64,000 bases of DNA from Chrysomallon squamiferum (lineage: Eukaryota; Animalia; Mollusca): NCBI GenBank assembly GCA_012295275.1, contig CM022668.1, positions 12,648,001 to 12,712,000 on the forward strand, in the 5' to 3' direction. The translations under genes and the position numbers were made by a program. Shown here in pieces: positions 43,008 to 55,420 of this stretch. Position 1 is the stretch's first letter. Each line of letters begins with the position of its first letter. The notes beneath the pieces were generated by a model. It saw nothing but the letters and a program-made list of their open reading frames with translations. It did not search any database and was not told the DNA's origin.

Positions 43008-43040
43008 AACAACAAATACCATTACCACTACTACTACTAC
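42310..43040. repeat. (GT)n tract followed by (ACT)n tract
   Basis: (GT)n at 42310-42625 and (ACT)n at 42676-43040. These explain the 288-aa CV/poly-T ORF. Confidence 0.95.
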
Positions 43041-43401
43041 AACTTGTTTAATCTGCTCTTTCTCTCTCTGCAGACGAGAACGCCATCTCTGTTGCAGTCG
43101 CTGCGCAGTGCACTCAGACGCGACGATGCGTCAACATTCAGAAGGTTGAAAGTTCACCATTTTAAAAACGAAGGAAAAACAAGACAACAAACGAAGAAGA
43201 AGAAGAAGACAGAAACTACCAGCCTCTGGTCAGAAGTCATGAAGATGTTTCCAGCCTACATTTGTACTGGTTACTGCAGGCAACAGGACTTAAATAAATA
43301 ATAATGCTACTTATGATCAAGTTGGACACAGAGAGATTCAGAGTTGTAGCCTGTAGGTGATACAAAAAAAAATGGGTTTGTAGTAAATACGAGGGAATTG
43401 T

Positions 43402-43875
<474 letters not shown>

Positions 43876-44082
43876 TTTTTTGTGTATGTCTGTGTTTCAC
43901 AAATGACCAGTTCTATCATTTATAAAAAAAAGTTTATTTGTGTCTTTCTATCTCTCTGTGTGAATGACACACACACATTATACATATATTGAGAGAGAGA
44001 GAACAAGTGAGTGATTGACTGAAAGAATATAAAAAAATAATTTAGAGTAATAACTGGTGTGTAAAGAAATATATCTTGGATA

Positions 44083-44842
44083 CAATGATCAAGTATCTAC
44101 CTTTGAGATTTTTTAATTTATTTATGTTTGTATATACAGAGTGAAGGTTTTGTCTATGAAAAGTGTGTGTGTGTGTAAAGTATGTATACAATTATGTAAC
44201 AGAAGAGATGTATGCAAATATTTTGCCTTCATTTGTGTTTACAAATATGTATTTTGGATATAAAATTTTGTATATAAATATATGAATGTGTGTGTATGTG
44301 TATATTATGTGTGTTATATATATATATGTATCTATGTGTGTGATGTTTATATTTATGTGGCTTTCTGTATATGTGTCTCAGTCAATGTGTATATGTGTCT
44401 GTATGTTTGTGTGTATATAGGATATAATAATATTTCTATAGGTGTGTATGTGGGTAGGTAAGAATATGCATACATATAAACCCACATGTGAATGATCAAA
44501 TGTCTACCATTGGCATTTTTTTTTTTGATTTATGTTTGTATATCATCTTAGGTTTTGTTTATGATGGGGTTAAAACATACAATTATGTTTTTAAAATGTA
44601 TGCAAATGGTTTTTTGCCTTCATGTGATCTACTTTTGTATGTATATATATATGGTCTATATAAATATATGAATTGTATGTATGCATATTGTGCAGTTTGT
44701 TTATAATATATTAAAATATATGTGTATGTTTATATTTATGTTTTCTGTATATGTGTTCATGTTAATTGTAAATTGTCTGTAGTTTGTGTGTATATAGGAT
44801 AAATAATTTTTCTATAGGTGTGTATGTGGGTAGGTAAGAAAT
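44083..44842. repeat. Old tandem duplication, two units of about 350-400 bp
   Basis: Collinear shared blocks AATGATCAA..TCTACC, ATGTATGCAAAT..TTTTGCCTTCAT, TATATAAATATATGAAT and TTTCTATAGGTGTGTATGTGGGTAGGTAAGAA in 44083-44465 and 44490-44842. Confidence 0.85.
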
Positions 44843-44949
44843 AAATCATATGATATAAAATGAAATGTAGTTTTTAATACAAAGATGTCCATTAAATTGC
44901 ATTATAAAGGTCATCTTATTTTTTTGATTGGGTTAAAATATCTTTTAAT

Positions 44950-45610
44950 GATTATAGAGGTCTCCATTTAAGCAAATATGGTCTTAATATACAGGTTGTT
45001 GGTATATTCTAGGTAACAAGCATAACACAGTGATTACAGAGGTGTCCATTAAAGCAGGTATCTCTGCAGCATATCTTTGATGCAAAACATCAATGATTAT
45101 AAAGGTGTCCATTAAAGCAGGTTTGTGTCTATAGTATATCCTAGCTAGCAATGATAAGACAGTGATTATAGAGGTGTCCATTAAAGCAGGTTTGTCTCTA
45201 TGGTATATCCTAGCTAGCAATGATAAGACAGTGATTATAGAGGTGTCCATTAAAGCAAGTATCTCTTTATGGTATATCCTAGGTAACAATCATAAGACAG
45301 TGATTATAGAGGTGTCCATTAAAGCAGGTTTGTGTCTATGGTATATCCTAGGTAGCAAACATAAGACAGTGATTACAGAGGTGTCCATTAAAGCAGGTTT
45401 GTGTCTATGGTATATCCTAGGTAGCAAGCATAAGACAGTGATTACAGAGGTGTCCATTAAAGCAGGTTTGTCTCTGCAGCATATCTTTGATGCAAAACAT
45501 CAATGATTATAAAGGTGTCCATTAAAGCAGATTTGTGTCTGTGGTATATCCTAGGTAACAAACGCAAGACAGTGATCACAGAGGTGTCCATTAAAGCGGG
45601 TTCGACTCTA
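44950..45610. repeat. 69-bp minisatellite, about 10 copies, with a shorter variant unit recurring after 410 bp
   Basis: (G/A)AGGTGTCCATTAAAGC at 45039, 45102, 45171, 45240, 45309, 45378, 45447, 45512 and 45581, plus a diverged copy at 44957. Confidence 0.95.
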
Positions 45611-48055
45611 CTGAACATCCCAAACGTCTGAAAATGGCTATTTTTATATCACTAGATGCATGGCTTTGAAGGTACAAACCTCTTGTATTAAAATAGCTTC
45701 CAGTGTTTTTCAGTATTATCTCTACAAACACCGAGGCAAAATTAGATATGGAGTGTTGTAAAATAAATACAACTAATTGAGATGACAGAAGTTAAAAAAA
45801 AAAAAAGAAGAAGGTTAATGGGAAAGAAAGAGAAATGGATTTATTAAAAAAAAAAAATATATTTAACGAGACTTTGATGTTGGGGTTTAAATGTTCTCGT
45901 GATTACTGATCTGTTTGGATAAATTAAATGATTATAAACAGATACTAATATGTTTACAAACAAAAAACAAAAACATGAAAGAAGAAATTATTATTGTTAT
46001 TTTTTTTTTTTAAATATATAGATGAAATACCTTGTGTATACCTTCATCACCTTTTTTTCTTTATTTCTTTTGTCTTTGTTTCTTAGTCTTCATCTTTCTT
46101 TCTTTCTAAACATTTTTTTTCTTTCTTTATCTCTGTGTCAAACATTCTTCTTTTAACCACCTTCTGATTCTGTTATTCTTAATCAATTTATTCTTTCTCT
46201 CCATCTGTTTATCTTCGTTTTTCTTTCTTTCTCACAGATTCACCTATCTTTCACTGTTTTTCTTCATTATATTTTTTTCCCACAATTTTCTTTATCTTTA
46301 CCTTGTCCTTTCACTTTTTTTTTTTCTTAATATATTTTATATCTTTATATTTCTTTTTCTCTTTGTCTGTCCCTTTCACTTAATCTCATCCTTCTTTTTT
46401 CTATTTTACTCTTTCATTATCATCATCACAAGTCTGTTTATACCTCTCTCTCTCTCTCTCCCTCTGTCTCTCTCTCTCTCATTCTATCTTTATCTTTCTC
46501 TCTCTCTCTCTTGCTTGCTTATACTGTCTCTATCACACTGTCCTTCTCACTCTTATTCTAACTCAATGATTCCCATCTTAAACTTCTCTTTCACACACAC
46601 TCACACACAAACACACACACACTTTCACACACACTCACACACATAGACACACACACACTCACACACACACTCACACACACACTCAGACACACACACACAC
46701 ACACACACAGACAAGTATTGCCGAGTACTCACTGCATGTTCACACAACTTGCCTGCAGTATATTAGACCGAACACCTCATTTGTTACACTGCTAACACCA
46801 GAGTGAACCAGCGAGCTTTGACAGTCACAAACTAATGACTGAATAACAGCAACTAACACTTTGTTCCTGACAACAGCAGTTTTCACAAATAAATATCAGC
46901 AAAGACGACAAAGCTTACAGAGGATTATTATCAAGGATGAGGAAGTCTGTTTTTAATTTATTATCAAAGGTAACAGAATTATATACAGGATAACGAAAAT
47001 CAAAGAAAACTTTAATTAGGATTATTGCCAAAGATGATTTTATTCGTAATAATGATGAGATATAACATTATTGAAATTAATTATTGAAATATGACTGTAT
47101 TTATGATAATTATCAAAGTTTATATATATATATATATACATACAGACACACACACACACATATGTATATGTGTGAATATCTCTATATATATATATATATA
47201 TACTTACGTAAACACACACACACTTATATATATGTATATATATGTTTATACACACCCATACATATATGTATGCATGTATGTATGTATGTATGTGTGTATG
47301 AAGTATATATAAATAATATTAAACGTACCATACCTAATTAACAAAGTTAAAATCATTCTATCAAAAACAAATTAAATATGCTGTCAAATTTTTTATTACA
47401 AAATGTTTTCACAAACAAGAAAAATAACATCAACAAAACTATTAAATTTTTAATTTTTTTTTTTTTTAAATAAGAGGACTACTTTTAAAAAAAAAAAATC
47501 TATGTTTCTATGGCAACAGAATAGTAATAATGCATGTGGGTGAATCAGAAAGGAAAATTAAATTAATGCAAAATGAGAGGAAATGTTTAACTTGATTAGT
47601 TAGTAAAAAACACAGGTGGAAAAAACAAAACAAAACAAAACAAAATAAAATGTACAAAAAAAAAAATTAATTTCCATTCTTAAAAAAAAGAAAAAGAAAT
47701 TATAAAGATAACATCTTTTTAAGAAAAAAAAGAAAGTTAAAATGAAAATAAATCAATTACTTTATGAAATAAGTGATAATTTTTCAAATTTACCATTTAG
47801 ATATTCAAAAAAAAAAAAGCATAAGAAAAAAGAAAATAAATAAAAACTGAAAATAATATAGAATAAAATTTAAAAAAACAAATCAAAGATATTTATATTT
47901 ACTTGAAGACTGCAATTTTAATCAATCTTGTTTTGAGAATGTTTCAAATCTATTAATTTAGATTAAAAAATTAATTTCTCCACAATATTTTCCAGAATAC
48001 ATACAAACACACACACAAACACAAACACACACACACACAAACACAAACACAAACA

Positions 48056-48096
<41 letters not shown>

Positions 48097-48753
48097 AATG
48101 CTGATTCACAATTAAGAAATTTTATAAGACTTATTTTAATAATTTTCTCAAATCAACGTCTTCCATTTTTAACCATTCATTTTACACATGAATTACCCCA
48201 ACAATCAAAAAAAAAAAAAAAAAAAAAAAAAATGAAGAACCAAAACTGGTGTTGATACAAGCAGGATCCTACAAGGACTAGAGAACACAATTTCACACGA
48301 TTACTTTCCTCATCAACACAAACACACACAACAAAGACACATGATTCGCGCCGCAGAAATTGACAAATTGACTGTCGCAAGTCGTTCCATCGCGGTACCT
48401 AATTCCAGTCCATTTCCCTGCGGATCATGGCTCCTCTTTTCCCGTAATCACAGCAATTGTTTGATAAGCGAGAAAAAAAAAAAAAAAAGAAGATAATAAT
48501 AATAAAAAAATTTTCTTCAAAAAATGAGAATGTAACCTTAGACACTACACATCCTTTGTCAATTTGACAACAAGATCAGCTTCATTCAGGTGAACTATTT
48601 CACATCATCTCAAGTATTTTTTTTTTTTTGTCGCAAGAATGGGATTGTCTTTACGAGACAGACTCAAGAGGTTTGTGGTTGGAACAGGAGAAGAGTGAGA
48701 AACTATTCAGTGTGTTGGGAAAAAAAATGAAAGACGAAATGACTCTTGTTTGT

Positions 48754-48793
<40 letters not shown>

Positions 48794-49546
48794 GGCAAAT
48801 TTGTTGATTAGATTTCTTCAAAGGATTAAAAGATAAAATTGCTGACTGAAGACAAATTAACTGTTAGGAATGTTAGAAAAAGAAAGAAAAAAGAAACCAA
48901 AAAAGAAATTTGAGACGAATATTCATAGGATTTTTAAATTTTTATTATTATTATTTTTTTTGTATTTATTTATTCCTGGTCTGTTTATATTGAAGAATAT
49001 GTGCATATGTATGTTTGTCTGTGTGTATAAATTTATACACATCCACACACACACAGACAAATGGTAGAAAGACTGGTAGTAAAATAGATAAAATATATAG
49101 AAACAGAGAGGTAAATAAATTGAAAGAATGACAGATATAATATGTACATATGCAAACACAGACACACATATATTAAAATATATACATAAAGGTATAATAA
49201 ACATATAGATAGATTGATAATGAGCTACAGAAACAGATGAATAGATATATAGATATAGATAGATGGATAGATAACTAAATAGTCGGATAGATATATCCTA
49301 AATCTGACACACAGACAGAATACAAACAGACAGGCAGACACTTCTGAATTTACATAAACACTGGGGATTTTTAATTTACTTTCACAAAACAACAAACTGA
49401 CAAAGATAAAACACTCGTGTGTTTTTTATCTTTCAGTTTTCTCATCTGCATATTCATTTATTTAAATTTAAAGAAATTTTGGGTGACAACATTTCTCACA
49501 CATTTGTGCTTGCTGTCTGCATTTTATAAAACTGTATTTATTTGAA

Positions 49547-49581
<35 letters not shown>

Positions 49582-49619
49582 CAGAATAATTCTAGCATTG
49601 TTTCTTAAAACACATATGT

Positions 49620-51290
49620 CATTACTAACATCATTACTGACTTCTGCTATTATTATTTCACTTAATATTGCTACTAGTGTTATTACTATTTATACCATTA
49701 TTATTGCTACTACCATTGCTACTTATACTATTACTAGTATTGATATTACAATTACTACTTCTGTTAGTACTTATACTACCACTACTACAGATACTAATAC
49801 TGATGTTACTACTTCTGTCACTACTACTACTACTACTACTACTACTATTACTACTACTACTACTACTATTACTACTACTGCTGCTACTACTATTACCACT
49901 TCTATCATTATAGTTACTATTACTATTGTTCCTAGTATCTAATTATTACTATGTTTACTAATATCTTTACTATTCTACTATTACTACTACATGAATCACT
50001 ATCACTATTACTACTACCACTACCACTACTGCTACTATTACCGTTTGTACTATGACTACTCAACTATTACAATTACTACCATTACTATTATTACATCTAC
50101 TATTACCATTATTCTTTTATTAGTACAACTACTACCATTATTATTATTACTTCTATTATTACCATTATTCTTTTATTACCCGAACCATTATTTTCATTAC
50201 TACACAACAAATAAGAAATTTATACATATATATAAATAAGATTAACTTTCTAGTAAAATGTATTTCATATAGATTTACATATTTGAATAAAAACGAGTCA
50301 TTATGGAGTAATATATAATCATAGTTTATATTCATCTGCTACAAACTGGTAAATTTATATTTATAACTAGATATCTATATGAAAGAACAGTAACTAATTA
50401 TTTATATTCATAAATATACAAATAATAATGAAAAATCGCAGAAAGAATGGAAAATAAACTCAATAACTGATGGTGAAAGCTGCGGTTTCTAGTAAATGCA
50501 TTTCTCGTGTATGTACAGACATTAGAAAACAAAGATTTTTTTTTTTTTTGGTTTTACTGACAAGAACAATGGAACAGTGTGGTGAAGAACAAGCTTTATT
50601 CAGTGAACCCAGACTTGGCAGATTTGGCAGTCTTCCCACAGAAGGTTAAGCAGAAGGTCAAGGACATTGTTTTGTGTCATTCTTGTTTGATTGATATTTT
50701 TTTTTTTTTTTTTTATTATTGATTTTTTCAAAAAATGAGTTTTTTCAGTGTCCCTTTGATTGTTATTATTTTTTTTTTTGATTTTTATCCATTTAAAAAG
50801 ATATCTTTTCCAAATACTTTGTTGTGATGGAAGTATTCCAAATTTCAATGACAGTTTTTATTTAAAAGAATTGATATTTGACTTGAATTTTAATGTGTTT
50901 GTGTGTAATAAAAGTTTTTTAATTTTTTTATTTTATATCAGTTTACAATATAATGTGTCTGCTTTTTACGAAGATTTAATTTATTTCATTCTGTTACCAT
51001 ATAGTAGCAGAAGTAGTAGTAGTAGGAATAATAGTAATAGTAGTTGTAGTATTAGTAGTAGTAGTAGGAACAATAGTAGTAGTAGTTGTAGTATTAACAG
51101 TAGAAGTTGTAGTTGAATAATAGTAGTAGTGGTTGCAGTATTAGTTGTAAGCAAAATAGTAGAAGCAGGAATAATAGTAGTATTAGTTGTATTGGTAGTA
51201 ATAATAATAATAATAATAATACTATTATTATTATCATTATCATAATTATTACTAATATTAACAACAACAACAACATCAACAACAAAATAT
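49620..51290. repeat. (ACT)n/(ATT)n tract (49620-50200) and (AGT)n/(AAT)n/(AAC)n tract (51000-51290)
   Basis: Directly visible; unique AT-rich sequence lies between the two tracts. Confidence 0.85.
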
Positions 51291-51394
51291 TTACAAATAA
51301 ACAAACATCCCATACTGCCCGATCTGTTTAATTTGTCACTTAAGCTGATATCTGCAAAACGAAACACCTAAACGAACGACAAAAATCGGACTCG

Positions 51395-51631
51395 AATTGG
51401 TCGTGTGTTACCGGAATCGCCCTAAACGAACCGCAAAGTGCCGTGATTTCTGCACCTACTTGGTGATAGATTCTGTCACAAACGAGATTTTCTCACAGGT
51501 AAATCCAATTATATTCTTCAGACTTCTTGCATTACAGAGCTGGCTCGCGGGTCGTGAAGAGGAAATTACAGATGGAATTGTGGCGAAAAATAACGCAGAG
51601 TTGACAAGTTGATGTTTTCGTCAGACAAATA
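51395..51631 (+). repeat. Left arm of a 237-bp inverted repeat
   Basis: Ungapped reverse-complement match to 52744-52980, with 5 mismatches at 51411, 51421, 51444, 51555 and 51598. Confidence 0.98.
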
Positions 51632-52525
51632 AACTTAAAAGAAAGTCTCGTGTTTTTTATTTTATTTTTTATTATTTTTTTTATTTATTCTTCTGGTTTT
51701 TTTTTTTTTCTTTTTCCTTATTCTTTCTTCTTCTTCTTTCTTTTATTTATTTTTTTTTTCTTGTATTTTTTTTTTTTTTTTTTATAAAATTTATTCAAAG
51801 TTTATTTTCAATTCATGGAATTTTTTTTTCTGTGTTTATGATTAGTAAACATATTCAAATGATTAATACTGAAGAAGTAAAAAATAAAACTGACAATTTC
51901 TCTTGACAGTTTTCTTTCTTTTTTTTTTCCCTTCTTGTAATAGATAGAAAGATAGAAAAAAGATAAAAAGGAAGAGAGAAAGAAAACCAGAAGGAAACAA
52001 AGAATTATCAGAAGAAATTTATTGGTTCAGTGATGTTAAACATAAAAAAATTTAAATTTTTCATTTTGTTGATTAAAAATAAAAGAATATAAAATATAAA
52101 TGTAGGACTTGAGTAAATTTCATTTTATTAAAATAAAATCTTGTTTCTTTTTTGTTTAACAATAAGATATTTTCAACAGCCATGCTTTCAGCTAGAAATA
52201 AAAAACTTAAAAACATAACCTACTCCTAACATAACCCAACCCCTAACCCCAACCCAACCCTTCCTCTAATCATACAGCCACAAACCACACCCAAATACTA
52301 TCACTACCCATAACCTAGAACCAGTCCTAGCTCTAATCCTAATCCTAACTCTAATCCTGTATGTGTATGTGTGTATGTGTGTGTGTGTGTATGTGTGTGT
52401 GAATATGGGTGTGTGTTATATGTGTTTGTGAATATGTGTGTGTATGTGTTGTATTTATGAATGAATGTGAGTATGTATGTGTTTGTGTGTCTGTGTGTCT
52501 CTGTGTATTTATGAATGAATGTGTG

Positions 52526-52574
<49 letters not shown>

Positions 52575-52743
52575 TTGTGTGTTATATTTATGAATGTATG
52601 TGTGTTTGTGGTGTGTGTGTATGTGTGTGTGTATGTCTGTGTGTCTGTTTATGTACATATGTGTACATCTGTGTGTGTGTGTATGTGTATGAGAGTGCAT
52701 GCATGACTGTACATGTGGATGTTATTTTTTTTTTGCACATCAA

Positions 52744-52980
52744 TATTTGTCTGACGAAAACATCAACTTGTCAACTTTGCGTTATTTTTCGCCACAATTC
52801 CATCTGTAATTTCCTCTTCGCGACCCGCGAGCCAGCTCTGTAATGCAAGAAGTCTGAAGAATATAATTGGATTTACCTGTGAGAAAATCTCGTTTGTGAC
52901 AGAATCTATCACCAAGTAGGTGCAGAAATCGCGGCACTTTGCGGTTCGTTTAGTGCGATTCCGATAACACACGACCAATT
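52744..52980 (-). repeat. Right arm of the 237-bp inverted repeat
   Basis: Partner positions sum to 104375. Mismatches are at 52964, 52954, 52931, 52820 and 52777. Confidence 0.98.
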
Positions 52981-53074
52981 GAGTTAATCATCCTGAGCTT
53001 TGGTTTGAAAATGTCGGTTTAAGTAACAGTCTGAAACTATCAGCCCAATTTGGCATGTTTATTTATTAATATTA

Positions 53075-53094
53075 GGTTGTTGCTGTCGTTGTCG

Positions 53095-53129
<35 letters not shown>

Positions 53130-53147
53130 ATTATTATTATCATTATT

Positions 53148-53194
<47 letters not shown>

Positions 53195-53289
53195 TATTAT
53201 TACTATTATTATTATTATCATTATCATTATTTTTATTATTATCATTATTATTATTATTATTATTATTATCATTATTATTATTACTATTA

Positions 53290-53320
<31 letters not shown>

Positions 53321-54653
53321 TTTTATTATTATCATTATCATTATTATTATATTATTATCATCATGATCATTATTATTATTATTATTACTGTTGTTGTTTT
53401 GTGTTCATCTATATATTTGTATATGTATCAGCAGTTTGTGAGTATGTATATCTATGTGCATATGTATGTACATATATACACATTCCTATATATATATATA
53501 TATATATGTTATCATAAAAGTACATACAATATTATTTGAAAACTAAAAAAATGGAAACCAGCCTTATTCACTTTCCACAAAACATTCATTGTGCCAGTTA
53601 CTCACATTTGGGAGCAGATTGGATTAATTGTTAGAGAAAAAAAAAAAAAAAAATACCAAGATATTTCCTAATCTGGAACAGACTCCCAATTTCCATGTCA
53701 TTCTCAATCAGTTACCATAGTTACCATAAAAAAAAAAAAAAGATTAAAACAGCCCCCCAACCCCCCACACAACCACACACACACATGATAAAATAAGGAG
53801 AATTATTAAATCTTGCAGGAATAGGAATGATTTATTCCTGTTTAATTGCCAAACATGTCAGCTTCCATATTCCTTCTTGACAATTAGAAAAATGTCTCCT
53901 CCCATCCCCCTTTTTCTTTTGTCCAGAATAAAGACACATGTTTTAGAAAGCTGCTGCAGATACAGGTTTTAAAAAAAAGGTTCAAATAATTGAAAGTGAC
54001 TCAAAAACACAATCTGTTTCCCTAGGGGAAAATGGCTGCCATTAAGACTGATGACGGTTACTCGGCAAAAATGAAGCTGTGAGATTTCGGGGTCGTCATG
54101 GGAACGACCTGGCTCCACCCAGACTTTCTGCTCATCATGCAATACGATAATTAGCAACAGTAGAAGTTGCAGCAGCAAAAAATAAAATAAACAAAAACAA
54201 ATACGACTGTGGTTATTGTTTTGTTATTATTTCAATCATCGGTGACGGTTTCCATGTTAACATTCAGCATGTTTTTTCTGACAAATCTCTAATGTCTGTG
54301 GAAAATTTGTTTTGAATTATTACTGAGTTTTTAAGGTAATTCTACATGCAAAAAAATCTCTATTTGCATTTAAAACAATATCATCATTCCCCTATAATTA
54401 CTTACACTGTTATTATCACTATTTCGTGATTATTTTTATTATTACTGTTAATGTTTTTTGTGTTACTACTGCTACTGCTGCTGCTACTACTGCTGCTACT
54501 ACTACTGCTGCTACTACTATTGCTACTGCTGCTACTACTACTGCTACTACTACTTACTACTATTACTACTGCTGCTACTATTATTACTACTTCTATTCCT
54601 TCTACTATTACTACTACTACTTCTACTATTACTACTACTACTACTACTATTAT

Positions 54654-54688
<35 letters not shown>

Positions 54689-55420
54689 TTACTGCTATTA
54701 CTACTATTAATACCAGTAGAAATACTGTTACTACTATATTATACTTCTACTGCTATGACAACAATATTACAGCTGCAAGTACTACTACAGTTACTATTAC
54801 TACTGCTGCTATGACAACAATATTATAGCTGCAACAACTACTACAACTACTACTGCTATCAGTACCACTACTACGGTTCTGTTACTACTACTACTACTAC
54901 AACCCCTACTGCAATACCAAGTACAACTGCTACTGTTACTATAGCTACTAGTAATAATTTACAACTAATAATTTTCACACTACAACTCTAATAGAACTTA
55001 ATATCTCTGTTACTAATATTACTGTTCTGTTCCTAATATTAACATTACCATCGTTGTTGTTGTTGTTGTTACTGTCATTATTGTTCTCGTTGTTTATTAC
55101 TAACTAATGTTTTGTTATTTTTATTACTATTACTACTATTGTACGTTGCTGTTTTAATTATCATTGTTATTACTATTACGTTTATTGTTCTTGTTTTTAT
55201 TATTATGATTGTTATTGTTGTTGTTGTTGCTACTATTTTACTATTGATATTATTTTTATTATTGCTGGTGTTGTTGTTGCTGTTATTATTATTATTGCTA
55301 TTGTTGTTGTTACTTTAATAGTTGTTTTTATTTACTATTATTATTATTGTTGTTGTTTTTATATTATTGTTGTTGTTGTTGTTGTTGCTGTTGTTGCTGC
55401 TGTTGTTGTTGTTCCTGTTA
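53075..55420. repeat. (GTT)n/(ATT)n tract (53075-53395) and (ACT)n/(GCT)n/(GTT)n tract (54465-55420)
   Basis: Directly visible; unique sequence lies at about 53520-54420. Confidence 0.85.

Noticed and set aside
42283-43149. 288-aa ORF and the many other CV-, HT-, YI-, poly-T, poly-L and poly-S ORFs in the track
   Set aside because: Translations of di- and trinucleotide microsatellites, with no domain content or splice context.
44984-45506. Repetitive ORFs on both strands of the 69-bp array
   Set aside because: Open only because the unit length is a multiple of three; the 65-bp variant unit breaks the frame.
51397-52978. Twin 71-codon ORFs in the two arms (51397..51612 + and 52763..52978 -)
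   Set aside because: They start at TTG, resemble no protein I recognise, and are duplicated only because the DNA is. Three of the five differences are synonymous, but that is too few to imply coding selection.
51395-52980. Inverted repeat as the TIRs of a foldback or Mutator transposon
   Set aside because: No target-site duplication, no transposase remnant, and homology decays outward instead of ending sharply. Not fully excluded without a genome-wide search.
53969-54178. Minus-strand ORF (..HDEQKVWVEPGRSHDDPEISQLHFCR..) as the missing Elk exon 1
   Set aside because: No similarity to the PAS-cap, no ATG start and no convincing phase-1 donor; treated as a non-coding island.
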